Source: Takakia lepidozioides (taxonomy: Eukaryota; Plantae; Bryophyta). From it: DNA of 64,000 nt. A program made the position numbers and the translations under genes. The DNA is taken from NCBI GenBank assembly GCA_030704615.1, contig CM060731.1, forward strand, positions 76,756,001 to 76,820,000, read 5' to 3'. Shown piece by piece: positions 13,446-27,587 of this stretch (positions are counted from its first letter, which is position 1; each line of letters opens with the position of its first letter). Below the pieces are notes generated by a model. The model was not told where the DNA came from, searched no databases, and saw only the letters and a list, made by a program, of their open reading frames with translations.

Positions 13446-14180
13446 TCAGTGACTTTTCTTGTACGCATTCTTATCAAGATAGTTCATCAGTTTTCAAAAC
13501 TTTGGATCCTCCATATTCTCTGGTGGAGCCCCAAATCTCTCCGAACGAACATATGTGGCCACGGACGTTGCTCGCGACAATCCGAGGAGATATTTCTCAA
13601 GCTTCTTCAATAAGCATTTGTCCTTTGCAATTGTTTCAAAGGTCAAAGGTTAAATGCATGACCACGTAGGATTGACAACACACTTTGTTGGACTATCATC
13701 AACAAGGAGAGTATTGACCTCATCATATCGACCTGGGTACTTCTCCCACACTTTCCTAAGAGGCTTAAAGAAACATAGATGGATGATCTGTTTGATTTTG
13801 TCTTGCCTTGTAGTGAGGATCAGTATTTGGGGGGCAGACTATGCAGTCGTTTTGAGTCATAACAAAAACAGGTTGTGACAGACCTTCAAAAAGTCTCTTA
13901 ACAATAGGCATGAGGTTTCGGAGCATCATACAACTCCAGATAGCTAGATCAAATGAAACACTTCATGAACGCCAGACTTGATCATAACGTTCACGTCGGT
14001 AGATCAATTTCTTGCCAATAACTAAGGGTTGTTTGAAATGTTTGCTTGCACTGGAATGTTCCTTCACAACAATACCCTCCTCAATTCTCTCTGTGCGGCA
14101 AAGCACACCGTTCAGGTCAAATATAATTAGCATTTATTTTTGGACACTCTGTATCTCGCCAAGAGGTCGTTGAGGCTCAT
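13446..14180 (-). pseudogene. FCP1/NIF-like HAD-superfamily phosphatase (cargo), with frameshifts and stops
   Basis: Manual minus-strand translation: MLIIFDLNGVLC...FDLAIWSC...VFVMTQNDC...FFKPLRKVWEKYPGRYDEVNTLLVDDSPTKCVVNP...YLLGLSRATSVATYVRSERFG. Not captured by the ORF track. Confidence 0.75.
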
Positions 14181-14625
14181 TCTGGTGAAATCAGAGAGTT
14201 GCAACCCTGAAACAAACGAGTTAGCAAGAAGATACACAATTATTGTAATAACCATTCAATAATACGAAGGCAACTAATATACCATACATATACACACATG
14301 GTTCTGGCTCCGAAATCAAAGAACCACAACATAGTATAATGTTCTTGACTCATTGGGGTCAATGGACAAATGGGTTATAGTTTTGGGTCTCACTGCTATA
14401 TCAAGAGTGGATAAAAGATGACACTAAAGAGTTATTCATAAGTGTACGTATTACATTGGGTCATAAGATGTAATTAGTTTTGTTATGTGTTTGAAAATTC
14501 AATACTTCGGAACATGTTTTGAAGTCCACACATCTAGAAAAATTGTAGAGTGAAGTTCATATAGTGTAGTAACACTTTACCAGATTTGGAGATGTTTCAC
14601 CTTGCTCATTGTTCGTCTCCTTGAT

Positions 14626-17600
14626 CTACAGCTGTTGAGGTTGATTTGGAATGACTGGGGGAATCCCCTGCTCCTGGAGCCTCTTTCGTGTTATCTCTTG
14701 GATCTGTGATAACATCTGTAGTGCATGTGTTGCTCCAGTGCTGTGTGTCTGTAGTGACAGCGGGCTAAGGACTGCGTCGAAGCTTGATTGGCTAACGTTG
14801 GTAATCACAGCATGACTTGTCACTTCCACTTGGGTCTGAGTTGTCCAATGTAACTCTGAGGGTGATTGCGACATAATGATCTCCCTCGTTTCTGAGAGTT
14901 GAACCTAGAACACACAATTATATTCATTAAGATTAATAGTTATAAAAGATGGATATCAAACATATAATCAAATATTAGTTTACCAAGGAATGTACTACTC
15001 AAATTTATTGCAAACATTCATATCAACGGTTTTCAACAATGTCTCATCATCTACCCAATCATAGTGTTTCCTGATCATAGATGTTATGTACTTCATTCAC
15101 TTTCCCAGTAGACGATCCTTCTCTACGCCTCTTCGTGGGGATGGGAGATTGAAAATCCAGAGGCCTATCACCAGCTGCAGGAACAAAACCCCTATCATCT
15201 TGCTCAGCCTCTACATCATCCAAGGCATTTGTTTCCTCTGGACGTGGGGATATTAGACCCCTCCCAAGTACCGCACCCATTATTGACTAGACACGATAAG
15301 TCGGAATGGCATGTGGGATAGGCTCAAGAAACTGCATTGTTGGTGGGCGATCACCATCATCATTGTGACGAGCCACATCCAAGATGTCAACAAACTCTGT
15401 CATGGTATTTTCCGGGACCTGCACATCAGACGCAATTGGATCTACCAGATTCACCAGATTGGCCTGATGACCCGTGGCATCGTAATCCAGCATCAGATTC
15501 ATAGACCCAAGTTTCAAATTCCTCTCAAACGACGATAATTTCTCGTTATTTTCCTCGTTATGAGGACTACTAGTACCATCACCAATACCACCAGTACTTG
15601 GACCTTGGGTGGCACTGCCTTCTGTGATCTGAGGTGAAACTCTTTTGACCACATCGTCTTGTGGTTCCTTACTTTTAGTCCCATGTTGATTGTCTTCGTC
15701 TGAAACATCCACTATGGGATTGATTGTGCTAGGGATAATAGGGTTTAGTGGTGGATCACGCCCTCCATGTTGACTCCTAGCGGTGCTCTGTTGGCCTTCG
15801 GTTGGACCTTTCCCTTTCTCTTGAAGCATTAAGTGACGAAACTATGCCTCTACCTTCTGTTTGCATACCACCTTTTGGTCGTGGGAGTTGAAGTCAAGAA
15901 CGCGTACTTGAAGAGCCTGGTGACATGATGATTAACTGTATCAGAGAAAAGATACAAGTTAGAGACAGTGGAAAAATATTAAATATCCTACGCAGGAATT
16001 ATAAAATGACTTCGGACCTTGTTTCAAAGCAACTAACAAAAAATGAGATAAGTGAAGATATAAAAATAAAGTGAAGAGATATAAAAAACTGTAACTCAGA
16101 ATATATTTATAATGATACTAGCACTTACATGGAGATGACAAGAAAGTGCAGGTCCTCCAAAAATATTGACCGCCGCCATTCCTGCCGTGCAAAACGAAGA
16201 GGCGATGTACGCATAGGCAGAGCTGCGAAGCTCATGAGTGTAGGACTTCAAATTCAGCTCGCGGTCTGTAAATTCGTCATTTGTACCCCTCAAGACAGTT
16301 TGAATTGGTTTGACTCTCAGACATCTGTCAATGTGCTCCTCTGGATGCACAAACTCTGCAGATGAGACCGGAAACACATAGTCCAGACAAAGATATGGTT
16401 CCGTCAATCCAAACTTACAGAACTTGTATTCAGTCTCCATCGCCCCAGGAAAATAGAGACCTTGAACACAAATAAATCTTTTGGCACCCTCTCCAGTTCG
16501 AATGTAGTAATTAAGATGAGCTGAAGATGTAGGACTAGTGCAATATTGAAACTTCATGAATCGGAATGCGTTGAGGATTGTTGAGTAATCCGAGGGGGAC
16601 CAAATTATCGAATCATCTTCTGGGAGAGTATTCACGAACACAAGACTGATGTTTGCAAACTCGTCCTTCGGGATATAGGCAAGTTTCGACTTGATATCAT
16701 CTACTTTTGCTCCAATGCCAACATGCCTATAGTCCTTTTTAAACCTCCTTTTATTCATGTGCTCAATATAATTCATCGTGCTCTGATTAGACTTGTCTTG
16801 GCCCTTATATGGGTGGCGAACAGTCAGCTTGCAACTGAGAAGCTTTTCCGCGATTTTTCCCAGCTTCCGCCCAGATAGCCCCTAAATAGTCCTTAGCTGA
16901 GACCTAGTCATTGGAACCTGTACACCTTTGCAAGGCTTCCCAATGTTATCGATAAGGCGTCCATCCTCCCATTTTTGGAATACCATTTTCCACTTCTCCC
17001 ACACTTCTTCCTCTAATAAAATGAGGACCATGGCCTCTTTCACAGAAATCTACTCCATGATAACATGGACAACTTGCATAAAATCCTGCGAGATGAACCA
17101 TATTGTAAGGACTCATCTCTACCATGTTCGATGAGCATTTGAAGCAATTATTGAAGCATTTGAAAAAACATAAGGTCAGTGTTTTACTTCTTACCACCCA
17201 TTGAGCGCTTTCCGAGTGGCAGTGGGAATCGTTATATTTTTTGGGTTTGTTTTGTAGCTCGTAAAATAATCTGCAATGTGCCACCTTCTCTGGAAATGTG
17301 ATATCAAATTTTTGTGCCTTGTTCGGATTGTTTAGGAGTTTTGATATCTTCACTAGCCTCAAGACGTCATTTGACCAAATGATCTTGGCCAGCCAAGTGC
17401 TGTAGTATGTCTTCAACTCATCATTGTCAACCTCATGAATAAGCTCCTGTAACCAACTCTATAATGTTAGATCATGGACTTCGAAACAAAGGCCGAAGTG
17501 GGTGACTCAAAGACTTTGGAGGGGGAGGGTAACCGTACCTTGGCAGCAATTATGGTGTGTTGCCCACCAATCACAAAGAATTTTGCATTCTTCACCTCGT

Positions 17601-18433
17601 CCCAAGACTGAGGTTTGTTGGCCCAAACTTGACTGTCATTAGTGGCATGTATTGGGGTAATGTAGACGGGATGCTTGGAATCGAGGACTCGGAGCTGGAA
17701 CAATCTAGCCTTTACTTCATCCTTGTGCTTAATATTTAGTGGCCGATAAACCATTTGCCTCGGTGCTTGCTCCATGCTCAATATGGGAATATCATGGATT
17801 TTGTCAGACCCCAAATGGAAACAAATCCCCGTAAAATTTGTTGAGCTCTTTTTCCATTTTCTCACATTTGTTTTTGTTGAAAATTTCACCAGGTTTTGGC
17901 TTCTTGTCGGTTTCAAATTCAGGGTCAAGTGGGGCTTTGGACTTCCTCTTTGACTTTGATGGTGTTTTTTCATCATCATCGTCTTCAATGGATGCTTCAG
18001 TGGTCGACTTTCTTTTTCGAGTGGCTTTTTTTTTCTTTTCAGTTGGTTCGGGCTCTTGCTCATCTCTTTTCTTCTCATTCTCTTTTCCTAGAATAAAGAG
18101 GCGTCCCTGAAATCTGGACCACTCCAAAGTGAAAGTAGACTCACTCGGAACTGTTCCATTGCGTGGGAACTTAAACCCAGATTCCAACAACCCAGCCATG
18201 AGGCTTTTGTCCACATTTGTCGTCTTTGACGCATACCCAATGGTCCGTCCTTTCTGGTCCTCCTCTTGAAGAAATACGACCACATACGGATTATCGACAT
18301 CAGGCTGGATCTCCACACCCAAAACATGTGCGCATTCCATCTCCAAAGCCCCAGGCTCATCTTGTTCCGTATACATGAATCGAAAAACATGGGCCGGAGG
18401 ATTTCCTCGCATGTTAATTCCCCAAGAGGACAC
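14626..18433 (-). pseudogene. Large multi-exon cargo gene: basic/acidic region, ParB/Srx-like domain, degenerate DNA-methyltransferase-like fold, disordered tail
   Basis: ORFs 17804-18433, 17467-18078, 16946-17416, 16096-16776, 15287-15829 and 14626-14874 join via frameshifts and introns (donors near 17538 and 16127). Motifs FFVIGGQHTIIAAK and ELRSSAYAYIASSFCTAGMAAVNIFGG. Confidence 0.5.
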
Positions 18434-19605
18434 TCTCTCTGATAGATAGAATATTGAGTTATGCTCGGTTTGATGTTCTGGAGACTGTTCATAAAATCCC
18501 CAGCGATGTCATAAGTCATGATGGGTTTGCTTGCATATGGACATTTTTTCTTGCAACATATCAAATAATTCTTTAAGCCACCAAGATTGAACTGAAGGAC
18601 TTCAAAACAAGGTCCGAAGTTGTTTCCATGTAATACAAATGGTGTGTATGAAAGTCCAACTAATGAAAGAAGAATGAAACACCGTAATAGACACAGGAGT
18701 TAGGGGAGATCAAATGAGTAAACCATCTGCAAATGTGAAATGGTCTTTATCACTAATGATGTACTGGATGATGGCAACATGGGTGGTGGCTATGAGTATG
18801 GACTTTGTAACAGGGTCCGAAGTCCACCTCGTCAGAGATCTAACAGTAAAAATGTTATGTTTAAAGTTATTGCGGATATATATGGATGATCTCCAAGTCC
18901 ATGTAAATATAAAAAATACAAATACTTAACATGAATAAGAACGAGGATTTATTAGATGTATCATCTGGTGGGGACTTCGTAACAGGGTCCGAAGTCCAGA
19001 CAACTCAATTAACGATTGCAGGACCACTACATTTAAATATACAAGAACATTTGAATGCAATCTCTATAATATCTATATATAGACTGATATAGGGTTTGAG
19101 GTCCATCACAAAAGAGAGACATGTAAACATAGGATCTCAGGACCTCTATAAATAAATAAATATAAATATTTAGTCTGACCAAATTGCACCAACTTATATA
19201 TGAGTTTGCATTATGACATGGCAACTATTAATGATGGCAAGGTGGTGGTTCTGGTTCTCAGAATGGACTTCGTGACAGGGTCCGAAGTCCACCGAGTCAG
19301 AGACCTGACTTGAAAATTTACTTCATTCCCATATATATATATATATATATATATATCACATTTTTTAAATAGAATAGAATTTTTTATGAATTTAATATGA
19401 ATAATTATATATTATATATTATATATACACATAAACAATATATAATGCATATATAATATATAATCTACATTATACATAACAGATAAAAATATAAAAATAT
19501 GTATATATATATTTGATATTGATGTACATGATATAAGTATATATTGATATATATATATATATAATGTTTTTAATACATTTATAAATATATAATTAACATT
19601 CTATT

Positions 19606-19991
19606 TAGAACTAATATGTGAGATCCCAATCCGAATGTTGAATGCCAATACCGATTTGATATCTATATTTGAATCTAAATTCGATATCTAGATTTGTTCA
19701 TGAATTCAGGGTTTCACGGTTTCAGACCAAATTCATGCCACATGTACTGAAACACTGATCGTGTGCTAAATGCCACACCATTTCAGACCGTGTTAAGAAC
19801 TAGTATGTGAGATCTCAATCCGAATGTTGAATGTGCTCCAAAAGCCACTGATATCTATGTTTCAATTTAAATTCGATATGTAGATTTGTTCATGAATTCA
19901 GGGTTTCAAGGTTTCAGACCAAATTCATGCCACAACATGTATATGAAACAGTGATCGTGTGCTAAATGCCACACCGTTTCAGACCGTGTTA
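19606..19991. repeat. ~190-bp tandem duplication, preceded by (TA)n/AT-rich tract (19331-19600)
   Basis: agaacta(a/g)tatgtgagatc...ttcagaccgtgtta occurs twice. Confidence 0.85.
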
Positions 19992-20537
19992 TGATACATA
20001 AAGAATTAACAAACATGAATCATGTATTTGTTCTGCAAGAGATGTTGTATTTGCTTAGACCATCCGCACGGTGTTCACAAACGTAGATATCTGTGAATAT
20101 TATTTGTATATGACATCACCAATGTTGGTGTTCAATGATGGAGAAAGAGCCCCAGGGTATTTGACAAAGAAAAAGAGATTCTGAAGAGAAAGAGGATTGA
20201 GAGAGGGAGAGAGAGAGATAGCACGAACCTAAGCTGAAAATCGTTAAAAAAAATTATAAACAAAGAATTTCTCACCTACTGGAGCTACTGGAGCCCGTCA
20301 TGCTTGCGGGCTGGTCCCCGCTCCTCCCTACTCGCAGCTACGTCTGCTGGGGTTCCTAAAACCAAACTTACCCTCCCAAGTACGTTGTAAACACCTAGTC
20401 CAAGAAATACCAAATCGTTATAGCCAAATCGTGACATTTACAGGAAGAGTCATAGCCCGCAGTTGCTTTGAGGTTGATGGCTATGGTTGTTGGCCATGGG
20501 CTGCTGCTCTTCTAAGACCAAGGTGAACCTCTCAATA

Positions 20538-23500
20538 TGTCGCGCACCTCACTTCGATAAGCTCCCCTTCAAGTCATAGTTACTCGCTTTGATGCGCGCG
20601 CCTAACTCCCAACCTGGCTGCCGGGCCAACTTGGAGCTTCGGTTGCTCACCGAGGCATAACGGTCCCCCTTTGATCTCTCAAAGAATCCTCCACCGATTT
20701 GGGCCCAGCGGGAATTCCCTTTGGTAGTTGGCAGTCCGGAACAGCTCCCCACTTTTTGGTCGCTTTCCGGTTCGCTCGCTTACTCACTAGTTTTTGGTCA
20801 CCAATGGGTTGCACCGTTCTCGGGGTTACTACTCCCTATATATACTTCTGTAGCTGTCCGCGGGGGTTTCACAACCAGCCATGCCATTTTATGGCGAACC
20901 ACCACGAAAACCCTCGACTCCCGGTGATGAGTCGCGGTGAGTCTTGGCCCACTCACCACGGCCCCTATGGACCGTGATGAGTCCCAAGACTCCCCACTAC
21001 TCCCACCACGAGGTCTCCGCCCCCATGGTGAGTCCTATGCCACCCCCATTAAGTCCCGCTAAGCTACCACCACCCCTTTGTGAAGCCACCCCCACCGCAT
21101 CCCCCTAGTGAGCACCTCCGCCTCCTTGAGTGCTTTGGGTACTCAAGGGTGCTTCAGCCCCCCGTACCTATCGCTGCCACTACCCCCACCACAGGGGCAG
21201 CCCCTCATGTGTCCTGACCCCCCTGCCCTCAAGGCAAAGGGCCGCGACACACACCCCTACCAACAGGGAGTCGATGTCCTCATCGACTTGTCCATTTTGT
21301 AGAAACGAACATCCAAGTTGTGGCGTCCCACATCAAGGAGTTTGTTTCCGTACCATGGCGTCCCATGGCAAAGAACCAAAACCCACACTTGACTCTACTC
21401 TCCACTAGCTAGTTCGGCCGACTTCCTCCAAGTCTCGGCCAGGGGTGGAGCCTCTCAAGCTCCTCCCAGTGCACTCTTCTTGGCCTACTTCAAGGCCAAG
21501 GAACGATCCTCCTCGAGGATCGAATCGCCTTACTGCATAACATTGCTTGCGATCGCTCATGATGCCGCCTTTGGCATCACCTTGCGCAAGGGTTCACCTC
21601 GAACCCCCTTTGACTAGGAAGATAACCTTGAACCAACCGTGCGCCCCAATCACTACAATTGGGTCCGTCTTGGAATGCTGGCCTAAGGTACGGGAACACG
21701 TCGAAGCCGCACTACGACTTCGTCCCGAGGCTACACGATTATAGTACGTGAACGGAAGTACGTAGTTTCCGCGTTAGCCCGCACTACAAGGCAACCACCT
21801 CGGTAGCGCAGTTATAGTACGCGCACGCGCCAGGTGCGCACTAGCACGTGAACTCCCAAAGAAGGCGCATGTTTCCTTGCCCCTTGGATGGGAGTCACCC
21901 GATTTCGGCACTGCGTAAACACACGATTAACCCAATTTACCTCTCCCACTTTTGTAAGCTAGCATGCATTCTACACACTAGCCAACCACACCATGCATCA
22001 CCATTCCAAACAAAATAGGACGCACAACATTTGGAACCCATTTCCGTTATAACAAATTTTTGTACAATACAAGTTTTTGCAATCGGATTCCTGAGCTAGC
22101 TAAGCCGGGCTAAGCATGCATTTCCTCCCCCACGCTCCAAGGTTGATGTCCCCATCAATGCTTCTTCCGCTTTTGAGGTCGCCCTTCGAAAACTGCAACC
22201 GCCTCGGATGCGTTTCCCATTTCTGAGGCACGCACCCAAGATGCCTCCACATAATGATAGCCCTTCCATTTGACGAGATACTCCGTTTCTCAGTTCTTGA
22301 ACCTCCTCGACTTAAGTACTGCCTCCACCTCGTACTCAGGTTCATTTTCATGATCCAACAGCACAGGTGGCGGACGCAACACTTGATGCCGATTCGGACG
22401 CGCTTCATCTTTGAAGTAAGGCTTCAAAAGGGAGACGTGGAATACTGGATGCACCTTGCTGTTTACCGGCAGCTCCAATTCATACACATCCTCATTCATA
22501 ACCTTCCGGATGCGAAAGGGTCCCGCATACGGAGATACGAACTTTGGACTCACTTCCGGAGGTAATCGGAAATTCTTGATGTTCAACCAGACCTCCGTGC
22601 CTGCCTCAAACTTCACTTCCCTCCGCTTCCGATTCGCCTGCCTTTCATACCATTTCCTAGCTTCGACAATGTTGTACTTTGCGAGCTTCAACAAACGCTC
22701 GCATTCTTCCAGTACCGCCGCTACTACCGGTTCCTCAACGTCCTGGGTGGCCCAACTTGTCGGCACCAGAGGTGCTTTTCCATAGACCAATACGAAAGGG
22801 GAAACTCCCGTTGCGGAGTGTTCTGTGTTATTATAACATAACTCTGTTGCGTCTAAGTGTTCCACCCAGTCTGTTTGGTCTGCCGACACGTAATTCCGCA
22901 AGATCTGCTTCACTACAGAATTCACTCTTTCTGTTTGGCCGTCGGTCGTAGGTCGGAAGGCGGTGCTCATCTTCAGCCTCGTCCCCATCTTCTTCCAAAG
23001 TGCCCTCCAAAATTTACTCGTAAACTTTGGATCGCGGTCCGAGACAATATCCTTCGGGACTCCATGATGCTTTAAGACGTGGGCGAAGTAAAGTCGCCCT
23101 GTTTCCTGCGCCGTTGCCGTCTCCTTGGTGGGGATGAAATGACCCATTTTACTGAACCTATCCACCACCACCATGATTGCATTGAATCCTTTTGACAGCG
23201 GCATAGCAATCATGAAATCCATCGAGACGCTTTCCTAAGTCCCCTCTGGAATCGGCAAGGGTTGTAACAGCCCCGCTTGCTTTTTGTATTCGCTCCGGTT
23301 TTGTTGGCATGTGGTGCATGTCTTGACATACTCCTCTGCCTCCTCCCTCAGTTTGGGCCAGAAATACTCTTTCTTCAAGAGTGCCGCAGTGCGCTTGGCT
23401 CCGCCGTGGCCCGCAAGCGGGCTATCATGGCATTATTTCAAGAGGCTATCTCTGATCCCTCCCTTCGGCACGTAGAGACGCTTTTGCTTATACCAGAGCA

Positions 23501-26500
23501 GTCCATTTTGCAAGTGGAACTGCGATTTAACCCCCATCCTCAAGTCCTGCATCACGGACTTCGCCAGCTCATCCTTCCGGCAAGCCTTCTGGATCTTCCT
23601 TTGGAGCGCCGTCTCGCCCTTGTACACCAACAAGAGCTGCTGCTTTCTACTTAAAGCATCGGCCACCACGTTGTCTCGTCCCGGTTTGTACTGGATATCC
23701 ACGTCGAACACCGCCAAAGTATCTTGCCACCTAAGTTGTTTTGGGGACAACTTGGGCTGCGTGGCAAAATACTTCACCGTGACATTGTCCGTGAACACCT
23801 TCACTGGGTTGGAACCAACATAGTGGCGCCAAAGCTCAAGACAGTGCACCACCGCCTTCATCTCTTTCTCGTGCGTCGGCCACCGTCGCTCCACTTCATT
23901 CAGTTTCTTACTTTCGTAAGCCACTGGACGTCCATCTTGCATCAGTACACCCCCAATCGCGAAGTCCGACGCATCTGTATGTATCTCGAACGGACGATCC
24001 AACTCCGGGATTTTCAAGACTGGAGCTTCCGCCATCCGCTGCTTCAATTCAGCAAAAGCTTGGCCACAAAAGGTGTTCCATGCCCAGACTTTGGATTTAT
24101 ACAGAAGGTCTGACAGCGGCCCCGCGATCTTGGCAAAAAATTTCACATACTTCCGGTAATAGGAGGCGAGTCCTAGGAAGGATCGCACTCCCGGGACCGA
24201 AGTCGGAGGCTCCCAGTCCAAGATTGCCCTCACCTTCCTGTCATCCATTCTAATCCTATCCTGTGTAATCACATGCCCCAGGAACTCCACTTTTGTGACC
24301 CCGAATTCGCACTTTGAAGCTTTGGCATACAACTTCCCTTCTCGCAATTTTTGGAACACCCTTTTCAGGTGTTCCAGGTGCTCCTCCTTTGTTTTCAAGT
24401 ACACCAAGATGTCGTCGATGTACACGATCACAAAGTCATCCAACCACTCCTGAAAAAGGTTGTTCATCAGCGTGCTAAATGTCGCTGGTGCATTGGTGAG
24501 CCCAAAAGGCATATTCAAGAACTCATATGAACCATACCTTGTCCTGCACGCGGTCTTCTCCTCATCTCCTTCCGCCACCCGAATTTGATGATAGCCGGAG
24601 CGCAAGTCGATCCGGCTGAAATACTTCGCTCTTGCCAACCGATCGAAGAGGTCGTCGATCCTTGGCAAAGGGTACCGGTTTTTGATAGTCACCTTATTCA
24701 GAGCCCTGTAATCGACACACATCCGCAGCGTCCCATCCTTTTTATCTGCAAATAGTACCGGGGCTCCGTAAGGTGACTTACTCGGCCGGACGTACCCCTT
24801 TGACATTAGATCTTTGAGCTGAGTCTTCAGCTCGACAACTCTCTGTGGCTCAACCGGTAGGGCGCCTTGGCAGGCGGTTCCGATCCCGGTATCACCTCAA
24901 TCTTGTGGTCAACTCCTCTTCGCGGTGGCAAACCGCTCGGTAAATCCTCCGGCATCACATCCTGGTATTTCTCCAAAATCCCCTTGATCCAATCTGGGCT
25001 CGGCTCCCCATTGCCTTCTCCCTTCACTTCTCTAATGTAGAGCAAAAACTGGGGCTCGTGTGCCTCCTCCATGGCCCACTCCCTTGCTGACAGAAGGTTT
25101 ATTCGCCCTCCCACGGGTTTGGGCATTTCCGACACTCGTAAGACCTCGCCACCATTCCCACATGGCAGCGTGACTACTCTCTTGCGTCTATGACCGCTCC
25201 GGATTTGCTCAAAAAGGTCATCCCCAAAATGAGATCCACTCCATCGATCTCGCAGATGGTGAAGTTCTCACGTCCCTCCCAACTCCCCAGTTGAAGAGGA
25301 ACATCAAACGCCAACCTTGTCGCCAATTGCGGTTCTCCTTTGGCAGAACGCACCTCAATAGAGGCCCCCATGTCACTTGTCGGGAGTCCTAGCTTTTGTG
25401 CCATTGCCGGTGTCATGAAGGAGTGCGACGCTCCTGTGTCCACCAACAACGACACGTTAGTTCCGGATATTATCCCATCCACGAACAATAACTGACTCCC
25501 TTTACGTAAGGCGCCAGTTTCCTGATACAACTCACAAGAAAATTTGCCTACCTTGCAAGTCCTGGCGACCACCGCTTCCACCAAGCGACTGATGGTATCT
25601 TCCGACAGCTCTGTGGTCGCCCGAGTCATGTTCAATTGTCGGGGCTTCGTGCACTTCTTGGCCATGTGCCCGGGCTCCCCGCAATTGAAACACACTCCAT
25701 CAAAGGTTGCCTTCTGTCCGCCATAGGCCGCTCCACCCGCTTTTCCTTTCGAAGCACCGGGTGCCGCCTTGACTTGTGATGGCCCTCCCTTCGATTTCCA
25801 CGTGCCATTGTCGCCGCGTGGCCTATCCCACTTCTTTTCCGGTCGGAAGGAGTCACCTTCCCGCCGGGTCTTCTTGTGGTTCAGCTCCGTACGGCCTTGT
25901 CTTTCACCCCTAGAGACATCCGAGAAACATTCAGCCCTCTCAATTGCCTCGTTCAAAGTCTTAGGTGGCTTCTCCTCCAACTTCCGCCTGGCCCATGGGG
26001 CCAGTCCCGCCACAAAGTTGAAGACCATTGCCGGTTCTGTCATGTCCGCGACTTCGAGCAAAAGCACATTGAAAGCCTGGATATATCCCCGAATGTCATC
26101 TGTTTGCTTCAAATTCCTCATCCTTTCCCGGGCAAGCCAGAACGCGTTGAGGGGCACAAACTGTCTCTTCATCAATTCCTTGAACCCACTCCAGTTCAAG
26201 GTTTCCGGGCTTGGACCTCGGTCGTGAAGGCGTTTCTGCCACCATTGTTGAGCATAGCCCCTCAAATAGGTGGGAACCACTTCCACCCGATCCTCGTCAC
26301 TCAACTTGGCCGCCCGGAAGTACTGCTCTAGCTCCAGGAGCCAGGTGTTGAGTGCCTTCCGATTTCGGACGCCCTCGAAGGTGCCGGGTTCCTTAGGCTT
26401 CACCTTAAGCTTTGCCTTAGTGGAAGTGGCATTAGCCGCCTTCAACACGTCTTTCAGCGTCCCGCCAAACTGCGCCAACAACCCTTCCCAAAAGGCTGCC

Positions 26501-27325
26501 GGCATGGGAGGCATCTGTTGGTCGGTTGGAGCTCTCAGGGATTCCTCAGGCTCCGACTCCTCCCGCTCTTGAGCGGCCTCGTTTTCGGAAACATGCATCG
26601 CTTCCTCAAACGGCCGCCTGGGTGACACGTCGCCCCCATCGGGCTCACCAGGATCATCATCTTTTGGGCCGTTCCGCTTTCGCTTTGGCTTGCCCGACCC
26701 CATGATGAGGCCAATCCCAAGGACGATCACGTACTGAACTCTAAGCTCTGATACCAAGTGTCGCGCACCTCACTTTGGTAAGCTCCCCTTCAAGTCATAG
26801 TTACTTGCTTTGATGCGCGCGCCTAACTCCCAACCTGGCCGCCGGGCCAACTTGGAGCTTCGGCTGCTCACCGGGGCATAACGGTCCCCCTTTGATCTCT
26901 CAAAGAACCCTCCACCAATTTGGGCCCAGCGGGAATTCCCTTTGGTAGTTGGCAGTCCGGAACAGCTCCCCACTCTTTGGTCGCTTTCCGGCTCGCTCGC
27001 TTACTCACTAGTTTTTGGTCACCAACGGGCTTGCACCGTTCTCGGGGTTACTACTCCCTATATATACTTCTGTAGCTGTCCGCGTGGGTTTCACAACCAG
27101 CCATGCCATTTTATGGCGAACCACCACGAAAACCCTCGACTCTCGGTGATGAGTCGCGGTGAGTCTTGGCCCACTCACCACGGCCCCTATGGACCGTGAT
27201 GAGTCCCAAGACTCCCCATGACTCCCACCACGAGGTCTCCGCCCCCATGGTGAGTCCTATGCCACCCCCACTAAGTCCCGCTAAGCTACCACCACCCCTT
27301 TGTGAAGCCACCCCCACCGCATCCC
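20538..27325 (-). mobile_element. Nested Ty3/Gypsy chromovirus, tRNA-Met primed, 5' LTR truncated
   Basis: 3' LTR 20538-22120; PPT (reverse complement tttcctccccca) 22121-22132; PBS TGGTATCAGAGC at 26745-26756; partial 5' LTR 26759-27325, roughly 97% identical by eye. Confidence 0.92.
22155..26703 (-). pseudogene. gag-pol of nested Gypsy (gag, CCHC, PR, RT, RNase H, INT, chromodomain) with about four lesions
   Basis: [39 protein letters not shown], integrase core, EYEVEAVL...YLVKWKGY. Breaks near 25174, 24836, 23433 and 23236, plus a stop in the chromodomain at 22290. Confidence 0.9.
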
Positions 27326-27528
27326 TGGATCATGACCTGAAACAAAATTTCTCTCTAACGCTAATCCTCCACCCTATAAATCTCTCTAACACTAATACTC
27401 CAGACTTGCCTTGCAAATCTAAGGTACTATCCTTGCTCACAAAGATTCTACGCTCACATTTCGCTCGCTCCACGCTCTCACTGTCTCCCTCACACACCCC
27501 GATCGAGCAGCCTGGCTGAAAACAAAAA

Positions 27529-27587
<59 letters not shown>

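Noticed and set aside
20549-27519. Short ORFs in LTRs and antisense ORFs over gag-pol
   Set aside because: They are duplicated LTR text or shadows of the real minus-strand frame; the same applies to ORFs antisense to the PPR and UROD genes.
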